Both the position numbers and the translations under genes were made by a program. A stretch of DNA of 63,450 nucleotides, filler included, from Octopus bimaculoides (Eukaryota), in assembly GCF_001194135.2 (NCBI RefSeq). It is 6 parts of 6 records of this genome, joined end to end, with 100 filler letters (N's around TTAATTAATTAA, not from the genome) between each part and the next. Parts side by side here need not be neighbours in the genome. Positions count along the whole stretch, not along the records: positions 19,243 to 44,942 come from NC_068987.1; positions 45,043 to 57,189 come from NC_069005.1; 4 more parts are not named here. The stretch is one strand, 5' to 3'. Below, in pieces: positions 43,177-54,294 of this stretch. The notes below the pieces were generated by a model. That model was given only the letters and a program-made list of their open reading frames with translations, was not told the origin of the DNA and made no database searches. Within the stretch, counting starts at the first letter, position 1. The number at the start of each line of letters is the position of its first letter.

Positions 43177-43605
43177 AAACAAGACGCTATCTGAGTTTTA
43201 TTATGACAACGAACAAATTGTCACATATTATATTTATAGATTAATTCCTTTATTTTACATAATATCGAGGTCTCATTCAATCTTTTGTTGTCATATAATT
43301 TTCATTAATATATATATATATATATATAAAATTTCCAGGGTTCGAGAGAATGAAGTATTTAGATAATGAAAGCACCAAGGTCAGGGTCGGTGAACGCAGT
43401 ATCGTGTGCAAACAATGTATAACGACTTATTCTCCAGTTATGCATGCATTCACAAGAGACTGACTGAATACACAACGAGCCATCAATGTCACATTTGGAT
43501 ACACTCACTGCACTTATTGCTCTGCCCTCTATAGACTCTAGATCCAATTGAATTGCAGGTTCCAATTAAGGTGAAGGATGAACGATAATAACAAATGGAA
43601 TGTGG

Positions 43606-43694
43606 TTCACTACAGTTGTTTCATTATTTTTTTATTTATTTATTGCGGAAACGAAGTGTAATACCATGCAAAAAAAACGTTTTCATCAGGTGAA
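43606..43694 (-). ncRNA. Type I hammerhead ribozyme motif (family C, left copy)
   Basis: UUCAC-CUGAUGA-[60 nt]-GAA-ACAACUGU-A-GUGAA; GUA site; stem II base weak. Confidence 0.7.
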
Positions 43695-43806
43695 TACAGG
43701 TAAGAATTAACAATTAGGACTTCTCAAGAGCAAGTATATATTATCAAATGACTAGGCCGACCCAGAATCAATATCGGGGCGTTCTAATTGTTAATTCTTA
43801 CCTGTA

Positions 43807-43895
43807 TTCACCTGATGAAATGATTTTATTTTTTCCCTCATGTAATATTTTTGTTCATGAATAAAAAAAAACACGTCTGAAACAGCTGTAGTGAA
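43807..43895 (+). ncRNA. Type I hammerhead ribozyme motif (family C, right copy)
   Basis: UUCAC-CUGAUGA-[60 nt]-GAA-ACAGCUGU-A-GUGAA; perfectly palindromic stem III; GUA site at 43888-43890. Confidence 0.75.
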
Positions 43896-45042
43896 CCACA
43901 ATCCATCCATTNNNNNNNNNNNNNNNNNNNNNNNNNNNNNNNNNNNNNNNNNNNNNNNNNNNNNNNNNNNNNNNNNNNNNNNNNNNNNNNNNNNNGTTAT
44001 ATACAAAGATAACTAGTATTGCCAACGATTGTATTAATGAGTTGAAATGTCCATTTTATTTTAAAATTCTCAGCGAAGACAACTCTTTATAGTGAAATCA
44101 TTATGGAATTGTTAATGTGGAGTGCTAGTCACCAGCTTGCATAAAGGTTTTTAACACATTGTCTATCAGACTTCATTAAATAAATTATGCTAAAATGATA
44201 GTCAACATTAAATGGCAGTCAATATTAAATCACAGAATATTTATATATTCCTATCATTTTATAAATGATTGTGACGTCTGATGTCTATGGTAGACATTAA
44301 CCATCATGTATTTTAACTCCTCTCATCGATCTCATTAGATTTTTAAAGCTTGTTATCTGAAAGAAAATATTAGATGTAATTATGCTTACAATTCTTACAA
44401 GGTTAATGTAACGGTCTGTTTGTATCATTAATGATATTTCGGAAAGCATGAATGCTATAAGATCCCAATTCATCTTCATCTATGCGCTTGAAGAGTTGCA
44501 CAAGGCAGGTATTCTAGTTTTTATTAGTGAAGATAACGACGACGATGATGACGGCGGCCGAGACAATGCAAACGAAAATCAGTACATTTGATAATACACT
44601 TATTATTATAAAATTATATTGCAAAGTACTTTGAAGGGTATTTACTGACCTTTTTATGTTTATATCTTCCATCATTACATATCGATGAAAGACATGCATG
44701 CATTACACACACACATACGCACGCACCGCGCACGCACATACGCACACATAGCCATACATACACATATTTAACAACACCACTTGGTATCGAAATCTTACAT
44801 GCAGTTTACGATGTATGCATCATGCATACACGTATGTATGTATGTATGTATGTATGTATGTATGTATGTATGCATGTATGTGTATATGTATGTATGTCTG
44901 TATGTATGTATATATATATTTATACATACATATATATATATANNNNNNNNNNNNNNNNNNNNNNNNNNNNNNNNNNNNNNNNNNNNTTAATTAATTAANN
45001 NNNNNNNNNNNNNNNNNNNNNNNNNNNNNNNNNNNNNNNNNN

Positions 45043-45144
45043 GAGTTCCACCGCATTTCTCGACGGAGTTCCACCGCATTTCTCGACGGAGTTCCACCGC
45101 ATTTCTCGACGGAGTTCCACCGCATTTCTCGACGGAGTTCCACC
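45043..45144. repeat. Perfect 23-bp minisatellite (GAGTTCCACCGCATTTCTCGACG) x4.4, running into gap
   Basis: Units start at 45043, 45066, 45089, 45112 and 45135 (partial); no spacers. Confidence 0.95.
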
Positions 45145-45171
45145 CATGGCTTTTAGAACTTGTCACTTTCG

Positions 45172-45497
45172 AAGTCGTTAAGAAATTGGCTTTGCAGTCA
45201 TGCGTTTTCGGATTCAGTCTCACATTGTTGCACCTCGGGTTAGCGATGCCTACTATAACCCCAATCTGAGAAATACCTTGTGAATGAATTTGGTTCACAG
45301 AAACTGTGGAAGACTGTCGTACACAGACACACGCGCGTGAAATAGTGTAGGTGGGTTCGCCACCATCCCCTGCCGGAGCCTCGTGGAGCTTTAGGTGTTT
45401 TTGCTTAATAAGCACTCACTACTCCCGGTCTGGGAATCGAAACCGCGATAACACGACTGCGAGTCCGCTGCCCTAACCACTGGGCTATTGCGCCTCT
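45172..45497. mobile_element. Degenerate SINE family A head (+, 45172-45325) followed by another tRNA-derived SINE (-, 45340-45497)
   Basis: The minus copy has A box TAGCCCAGTGGTTAGG and B box GGTTTCGATTCCC. Confidence 0.7.
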
Positions 45498-45632
45498 ACA
45501 CACTTACACACACACACACACGCACACACACATGCATACATACATATACATGCACACACGCGCAAGCACATATATATATATATAGATGCATATATATATA
45601 TGTGTGTGTGTATGTGTATGTATAAGAGCAGG

Positions 45633-45688
<56 letters not shown>

Positions 45689-45834
45689 GAGGGTGACATG
45701 GTCTTTAGGCCTGAGTTTTATTCGCTAGGCAAAGTTATATTTATGCTTGTTCAATATATGTGGATTATTTACAGCATACCTATCATCACATCGTGTACTC
45801 ACACACACACACACACACACACAAGGACACGCAT

Positions 45835-45883
<49 letters not shown>

Positions 45884-46289
45884 CATGCCGATTATATATT
45901 TCTAACGCCCAACTCTTGTTCACAACAACATGGCGGCGACTACGCGTAACACCAGCCTCTAATTAACAATAATATACAGATTATTTATAGCAACTCGCTA
46001 CTAAAGATAGCAGGGAAACTGTATTTAGTAGAGCAAGCTGCTGTTATTAATAACCTCGCTTCTATTTATGACATCTTAACTTCCGTGAAAACTAACACAC
46101 TCTCTATTGATATTCGCCATCGCTTCTTGGAAAAAATAACTCCGAAGCTATTTCGAAACAAGCAGTTACTGCTAGAAATAACTTGAATATTACTTATAAG
46201 AACCAGTTGAAGCTAAATTAATATGGAAACTGTTTATAACATATCTGTCATGCGTTGAAGATCACATGCGCAGCACTTATAACGAGTGT

Positions 46290-46845
46290 GATGTGTAAGA
46301 AGCGATTTAGCGACCATGGTTTCAATCCCTAGGCCGGATGTTGCGTTGTGTTCTTGAGAAAAAAAAACATCTCATCTCACGTTGCTCGGCGAACACATCG
46401 ACACATGGCACACCTGTGTGCACCTGTTCAGGCAACGTCGATTGAATGGAGGGACAGGTGAGCTAATGTACAGCACAATAAACATTTGATCCCTATAAAC
46501 AAGTCATTTGTGCAGGTCGTACGGCAAAACAGCTGAACACTTCCTCATACGTCGTCTTCGACGAGAGAGTCAATCATATATATGGCTTAGTGGTTAGGGG
46601 GTTGCACTCACGATCTAGCGGTCGTGATTTCAATTCCTCGATCGGGTGGTGCGTTGTGTTCTTGAGCAAAACGCTTCATCTGACATTGCTCTGCGATCAC
46701 TTCGACACCTGACGCGTGGCACACTGTGCCTCTGTTCAGACAACGTCCTTTTGATAGAGAGAGTGAGCTAATGTGCGGCATGACCATTTGATCACTATAA
46801 GCGAAGCATTTGTGCAGGTCGTTCGGCAAAACAGCTGAACACTCA
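46290..46845 (+). mobile_element. Head-to-tail dimer of family C SINEs
   Basis: Two colinear copies of about 260 bp (46290-46545, 46583-46845), both ending CATTTGTGCAGGTCGT(A/T)CGGCAAAACAGCTGAACAC. Confidence 0.85.
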
Positions 46846-47004
46846 TACTGTATAAAACCAAGATATAAACAACTCTGGCATATAAAATTATGGTATATTT
46901 TAAAGTTATGTTGTAGAAAACTAAAGTATATATGAAATTTGACTATCTGACCTGGGGCTAAATTATAATGAGAAACAGAAATGTTTTCGTTGAATTCTAG
47001 AATT

Positions 47005-47350
47005 TAAATATATGACAGGAGATACGACAGGAGAAGAATGAGAGAAGTGTGAGAGATATAAGAGAAGAATATGATAGAAATATGATTGAAATAGGACAAG
47101 GATATGACAGAAATATGAGAGAAATAGGACAAGAATTTGAGAGAAATATTACAGGAATATCAGAAAAGTGTGACAGAAATATCAGAGAAATATGACAGGG
47201 ATATGATAAGAGTATGACAGGAATAGACAGAAATAAGACAGAAATATGATAGAAATGAGAAGAAATGACAGAAATATGACAGAGATAGGATAGAAATGAC
47301 AAGAGATATGAGAGAAATATGGCAGAAATGACAAGTTAAAACAGAAATAT
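47005..47350. repeat. Degenerate purine-rich short-period repeat (AGAAATATGACAGG-like)
   Basis: Recurrent GAAATATGA and GACAG motifs at irregular spacing of about 10-22 nt. Confidence 0.8.
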
Positions 47351-48384
47351 GTCAGAACCTTCTGTCCCACGATTTGAAATTCATATTTCTCTGCTAGTTT
47401 TTACTTATTTAACTTTTGTTTATTTGTTTTATTATTTCTTCTATCCCAGAGAACAACGACCTTTTAAGAGAAATAACTAATTAATATTCGTGTCAACACC
47501 AATTTGTCTTCAATCAATATTATCATGGACAATATCTCTCTCTAATCGAGAAGAAAGATTTTCTTGTTAAATATTCAATATTTTATGTAATTACGTTTCC
47601 TGTCGGTTTCCTTTAAAACCAAATATTTTTATGACACATTTATTTCATTTCTACTTTAATAAAATATTGCGTTCACACCTCTTCAATGTCTGTCGGTCTA
47701 ATAATTCCATTATTTTGGAAACAAAATGCAATAAATATCGTTCAAAACATGAGCTATAATCAACAAATGTTTTATATTAAGGCTTTTCAAATTGTACCTT
47801 AATAAGAACTGTCATGGTCCCAGCCACAGGATAATAAGCGCATCACGGGATTAATTCTGGAAGAAGATCGCCCAGAGACGCCCCAACGGACCCAAGAGGA
47901 CATAACTCCGTATAAATCCTACATCTTGTTAGCTGCTAGGCTCATAAAACTTGTACCAAAAAACAGACAAACAAAACAAACAAAAAACAACAACAAAACT
48001 CTGTAAAGTAAACGACAAATCAAGCCCATCACCCGGGAAATTATTGTTAAATATTGTGCAATTAAAAAAGAATGACCGAACAAATGTTTTTTTTTGCAAA
48101 TATTGGAATAGATGCAGTGTGCTTAATACACCAAGAGTGAGTTTCTGGATAAATTTTAAGCAGATCTGGTGTGGAGAGTGCATGTCATTGATGAGGTAGC
48201 GAATGGCGACGGAAGGACTTTGACAAACCTAGCTGATTAATTGACTGACCGAACTATTAATCAAAGAATGGATTAGATATTAGTTAAATGGTTAACCACT
48301 TGACAATTAAAAATAAAGAAGTGAAATAGAACCACTGTGTGTGTTTATTGTTGATACAATGGCCTTCCCGAGATACAACAAAAG

Positions 48385-48780
48385 TTGAAGAGACATTTTC
48401 AGACGAAGTGCCGTAATTTGGGCAAAAGACCTGCTGTGAGTTCAGTTCAGAAACGTAAAACAACAGCCAAGTTCTTTCTTCTTTTTATTAAACAGTCATA
48501 CAAGAAGCCATCGCAAAGACGATTTTTATGCTCCCTCATAAAACTGCCAAACACAGCAAACTGTTTTCTGAAGCAGAATTTTTAAGGGATGAATATTTGA
48601 TGTTGTTAATATTGTCAGTCTGGAAGGGAAAACAGGTATTGAAACTATCACTCTGTCAAAGAAGACAACAGTGTATGTTATTGGTGACATTTCGCAGAAT
48701 CTATCAAAACGGCAATGCAAGGAAATATTCAGCAATATAGCAATGCTGGTTAGGGTAGCAAAATATAGCGATTCATAGCA
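48385..48780 (+). mobile_element. hAT transposase relic (Charlie/SPIN, GTF2IRD2/EPM2AIP1-like)
   Basis: Frameshifted motifs LKRHFQTK, HKTAKHSKLFSEAEFL, DVVNIV...IETITLSKKTTV. Confidence 0.55.
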
Positions 48781-49123
48781 ATGTTTTTTAATGACGGCTG
48801 GGAAATGTTTTGTCTCAGAACAATGTGCGTTGGTTACTAATTAGAAATGCTTTCTGTAACATTCATTCTGGGTACACAGACGTTCTTTATGATATTCTAC
48901 ATTAAAAAAAAAAAAAAAAAAAAAAACAATTCTACCTGTTGGTGATTTGGCGTAACACTTCAGGCCTTTGGAAAACACAAAGAAGATAATGTGTCTACGT
49001 CATATTCTTGTTGTTTATGGTAATTGTTAAAGTTTCACCTAGATTTATCTAAGGTAATGAACTACTACAGGAGTTCAGCAGACAACATACATTTATACTA
49101 CATCACTACAAACATCCACACAC

Positions 49124-49167
<44 letters not shown>

Positions 49168-49319
49168 AGTTTTTGGAGTATATTTTTGTTTCAAAAGAAT
49201 ACAAAGATTATTCAGATAAAGTACTCAATACTCAAAAGCAGATGCCAGAATCATTGTTTTAAATATGTATGTGTGTGTGTGTGTGTGTGTTTGCATAAAT
49301 GTATGTGCATGTATGTGCG

Positions 49320-49352
<33 letters not shown>

Positions 49353-50731
49353 CTGTGCTTATGTGTATGATTATGAGTGTGTCTGTGTGTTTGAGTGTGT
49401 GCATGTGTGTGTATATATGTATGTGTTTGTGTGTGGGTGTGTGCGTGTATGTATGTATGTATGCATGTGTATATGTGTGTGTATGTGCGTGTGTGTCCGC
49501 GCGTATGTGTGTGTTTATGCCGATATAAATATAAGCAATGATTAAATTGTTTCACCATCAAAACTCCAGGCTATTTCATTCTTTAGAAAGATATTACCAA
49601 CGTTCTACACACACACACACACACACATCTGCACACACTGACACACGCATAGTCATACACACACACACACACATACACACACACACACCTCTTACGTATA
49701 TCACTCGTCTCAAGTCGACCCACACCCATTCCAATGTCCTCACAGAAGAACAAAATTCCAACCAAACACTTTAATAATTAAAAAATAACAAAGCAAGTAA
49801 AACAAATTAAAAACAATGAAATAAAATAAAAATCACTGACTCCGCCCCCTCCCCCCACCTTCCCCNNNNNNNNNNNNNNNNNNNNNNNNNNNNNNNNNNN
49901 NNNNNNNNNNNNNNNNNNNNNNNNNNNNNNNNNNNNNNNNNNNNNNNNNNNNNNNNNNNNNNNNNNNNNNNNNNNNNNNNNNNNNNNNNNNNNNNNNNNN
50001 NNNNNNNNNNNNNNNNNNNNNNNNNNNNNNNNNNNNNNNNNNNNNNNNNNNNNNNNNNNNNNNNNNNNNNNNNNNNNNNNNNNNNNNNNNNNNNNNNNNN
50101 NNNNNNNNNNNNNNNNNNNNNNNNNNNNNNNNNNNNNNNNNNNNNNNNNNNNNNNNNNNNNNNNNNNNNNNNNNNNNNNNNNNNNNNNNNNNNNNNNNNN
50201 NNNNNNNNNNNNNNNNNNNNNNNNNNNNNNNNNNNNNNNNNNNNNNNNNNNNNNNNNNNNNNNNNNNNNNNNNNNNNNNNNNNNNNNNNNNNNNNNNNNN
50301 NNNNNNNNNNNNNNNNNNNNNNNNNNNNNNNNNNNNNNNNNNNNNNNNNNNNNNNNNNNNNNNNNNNNNNNNNNNNNNNNNNNNNNNNNNNNNNNNNNNN
50401 NNNNNNNNNNNNNNNNNNNNNNNNNNNNNNNNNNNNNNNNNNNNNNNNNNNNNNNNNNNNNNNNNNNNNNNNNNNNNNNNNNNNNNNNNNNNNNNNNNNN
50501 NNNNNNNNNNNNNNNNNNNNNNNNNNNNNNNNNNNNNNNNNNNNNNNNNNNNNNNNNNNNNNNNNNNNNNNNNNNNNNNNNNNNNNNNNNNNNNNNNNNN
50601 NNNNNNNNNNNNNNNNNNNNNNNNNNNNNNNNNNNNNNNNNNNNNNNNNNNNNNNNNNNNNNNNNNNNNNNNNNNNNNNNNNNNNNNNNNNNNNNNNNNN
50701 NNNNNNNNNNNNNNNNNNNNNNNNNNNNNNN

Positions 50732-51093
50732 GGGGACCTGGTTCGATTCCTGTGCGTGACGTCTTCGGGTGAGTGGCTTTTATAGCTTCGTCTCGAGAGA
50801 AATTGCGCAAGGATGAACGTGGGTTACTTCCAAGCGTCCCCTGGCGGGACGGAGAGGTGCGGAGTGGGGGCGGGAAGGAGAGATTATCTCACCGCTACCA
50901 CAAACTCCACCATCACTATCTCCATCGCTAGCAATCATCACCGTCACTACCATTATCACCGTTTTTACCAGCTGAGTGGACTGGAGCAACATGAAACACA
51001 GTGTCTTGCTCAAGGACACAACGCGTCGCCGGGAATTGAACTCACGACCTTACGAGCGTGAGCCGAATGCGCTAACCACTAAACCACGCGGCT
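50732..51093. mobile_element. SINE fragment (+, 50732-50880) and family C SINE (-, 50930-51093)
   Basis: B box GGTTCGATTCC after the gap; the minus copy matches the GTGTTGTGTCCTTGAGCAAGACACT body. Confidence 0.7.
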
Positions 51094-51379
51094 AACCACA
51101 ACGTACACATATTATATATATATATAAAACACAAAAAAAAAAAAACACACACACACACACACATGAACAAATAAATAAATAAAAACAAATACAAACGAAC
51201 ACGTATTAACAGAGTATATAGGTGATACAGACACTCCCCACACACACATGCACTTACAAAAGACACAGACACATTGAAAGACACGCATGCGTAGACACAT
51301 ACAATACGAATACAAAATACAATATGGCTGATAGTTAGCAAGATGAGACACACATAAGAAAGAAGGAAACAGAGGACCA

Positions 51380-51415
51380 CTGATGAGGTCACAGAAGTGT
51401 GACGAAAGAACTCTA
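51380..51415 (+). ncRNA. Partial hammerhead-like motif (family D)
   Basis: CUGAUGA-G-GUCACA(GAAG)UGUGAC-GAA-AGAACUCU-A; stem I partner absent. Confidence 0.4.
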
Positions 51416-52118
51416 GCCGAAATAAGATTAAGATTAATGTAATATAAAGCTGAAGCAAATTAACACCAAATATACAGTGCGTGTGTTTTTATTGGCTAAA
51501 CTGGCAATATGACCATCCCCAAGTACAACAATATANNNNNNNNNNNNNNNNNNNNNNNNNNNNNNNNNNNNNNNNNNNNNNNNNNNNNNNNNNNNNNNNN
51601 NNNNNNNNNNNNNNNNNNNNNNNNNNNNNNNNNNNNNNNNNNNNNNNNNNNNNNNNNNNNNNNNNNNNNNNNNNNNNNNNNNNNNNNNNNNNNNNNNNNN
51701 NNNNNNNNNNNNNNNNNNNNNNNNNNNNNNNNNNNNNNNNNNNNNNNNNNNNNNNNNNNNNNNNNNNNNNNNNNNNNNNNNNNNNNNNNNNNNNNNNNNN
51801 NNNNNNNNNNNNNNNNNNNNNNNNNNNNNNNNNNNNNNNNNNNNNNNNNNNNNNNNNNNNNNNNNNNNNNNNNNNNNNNNNNNNNNNNNNNNNNNNNNNN
51901 NNNNNNNNNNNNNNNNNNNNNNNNNNNNNNNNNNNNNNNNNNNNNNNNNNNNNNNNNNNNNNNNNNNNNNNNNNNNNNNNNNNNNNNNNNNNNNNNNNNN
52001 NNNNNNNNNNNNNNNNNNNNNNNNNNNNNNNNNNNNNNATATATAATTTATGCATGCGCATTACTTCCAGCACATATATTCATATATATATATATGAGAG
52101 ACTTAGAAATATTAATAA

Positions 52119-52161
<43 letters not shown>

Positions 52162-52870
52162 TATATTCACCCACGCATATTCACACACACACACACACAC
52201 ACATCTCCGCTTACGTGCAATTTAATATATTCTTATATCACACACATACGCGCACATGTACACACACACACATACACACAGGCGTTGTTACACGTTTTCT
52301 GTTTTTTCCCTTTCGATCATCAATAACCTATCGAAGAACAGATGGTTCAATAGCCAATCACGTGACAGCTGGCTCGAATTGTTTGATCAATACGAATAAA
52401 TCATTGAGTTAGTTTAAGAGTCTTTAATAAAACGATAGCAGCAGCAGCGGCAGCAGCATCATCATCGTCATCAGTAACAACAACAACAACAGTAATAATA
52501 GTAGGATCAGCGTTAACAACAACAACAACAACAACGCGGCAGTTTGTATATGGTTGCTCGACTTGCGAGAAATAGCAGCCGAATTTCCGGCCAGTCACGC
52601 CGTTCCGTGTCAAATAGGACAGAGAAGATGTGGTGTCGGGTTCCCTATTGCATACTGAAAATATCAGGCTGTGGTCGCGGTTGCGCTACTTCTAAGAATA
52701 TTGGGCCAGGGCTGAGCTGCGATAAATAATGACCACAACAAAAGAACGGCGATGTCAACAACAACAACAACAATAACAATAGCCGCAACAGCAGTAGTAG
52801 CAACAGCAGCAACATAGAAACTGTCTGACCTCGTCCAAATGTCCATGTTGCGATGAAAATGAAGTAGTGT

Positions 52871-52910
<40 letters not shown>

Positions 52911-53166
52911 TGTGTGTGCGCGCGTGTGAATGGGTGTGTGTCAAAGAGAGAGAGCGAGAGAGAGAGAGAGAAAGAGAGAGAGCGGGAGAGAGGGAGTGTA
53001 TAGACAAAAGTGGACACACGTATACTTGCACAGATGTGCATGATATATATATTTATGTATATATGTGTGTGTGCATATATATATGCATATATATACAAAC
53101 ACATATTTACGCATATATATCTATATATACATACATGCACACACACGCATATATATATGTATATAC

Positions 53167-53200
<34 letters not shown>

Positions 53201-53305
53201 NNNNNNNNNNNNNNNNNNNNNNNNNNNNNNNNNNNNNNNNNNNNNNNNNNNNNNNNNNNNNNNNNNNNNNNNNNNNNNNNNNNNNNNNNNNNNNNNNNNN
53301 NNNNN

Positions 53306-53357
<52 letters not shown>

Positions 53358-53449
53358 GTGAATAGCATTGATTAAGCGAAGTTCTCCATCGTGCCAAATA
53401 AATGAGATTCTCTGTTGAACTCCAATGCTAATATCACTTAATCTTTCAA

Positions 53450-53870
53450 AGTGTTTTCCTCATCTCATACAGAATCTCCGCATCCAGATTTACATTCGTA
53501 ACCCTAGAAAGATATTTGTTTCTGCTAACACACTGATTCTTAATGGCTAAAATGAAGTTTGAAGCGTGTTCAGGGGATAGCTTAGAAAGAACAAGAAACG
53601 AGTTTAATTTGGAAGAAATTTTTTGCAATATTTGGAGTATTTGAAGGATATTGAGTTTTAGATTTTTTTTATTTCTGTTGTGTGTGGTTTCTGTGTATTT
53701 TGTATGAAGTTGTCTAGTTTTTATCGGGTTAATTATTTCTGAGGTGATACTGGGTTTGTAGTTTTTAGTGTTGCCGCATGGGATACGCTTTTTAGACACA
53801 TCGAAAATGCTTTTGTTAAATTATGCAGAACAGTGCCTTCGGTGGTGATTGTAGCGATGTGCAAGAATGG
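53450..53870 (-). mobile_element. Possible I-group LINE ORF2 linker fragment
   Basis: FNKSIFDVSKKRIPCGNTKNYKP resembles the post-endonuclease IPRG...NYKP linker; no catalytic motif seen. Confidence 0.35.
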
Positions 53871-54294
53871 TGTCTATGGTGATGGGTTCGCTGGTGTCGA
53901 ACGTACTTGTAAGCGATTGCGGTGGTGTTGTACTATAGTATCTACGTTTCTTTTCTTCTCAGTTACACCATGTTGGTGGTGATTGTGATGATGATGATGA
54001 TGATGATGATGTATACTGTTGAATTCTGGAAACCTGGCCGCTCTTTCTCGTGGAATTTATTCCGTTGGGGCTTCCAAGAGTTTATGAAAGAGGTTTTTTT
54101 TATTTTCTGCGTTGATGTGTCGATGTGTTGTGATGATGCTAATGTGTGAGCGTGTGTGTGCGTGTGTGCGTGCGTGTGTGTGCATGTGCATGTGCGCATG
54201 AACGTGTACATGTGTATGTGTATGTGCGTGTATGTGTGAGTGTGTGTGTTATATTACGTTGGGATTGGCGTCCTGACAGTTTGTTTACGAGCCA

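Noticed and set aside
44297-44375. Strong-looking minus-strand acceptor (CTAAT...TTTTCTTTCAG) with short open frame
   Set aside because: Only a weak donor (GTTAAT) follows and the peptide is unrecognisable; expected by chance in AT-rich DNA.
45043-45144. CRISPR-like periodicity
   Set aside because: Units are contiguous with no spacers, no cas genes are present, and the context is eukaryotic.
53446-53799. 117-aa minus-strand ORF as a host gene
   Set aside because: Non-ATG start and resemblance to a LINE linker; kept only as a low-confidence retroelement fragment.
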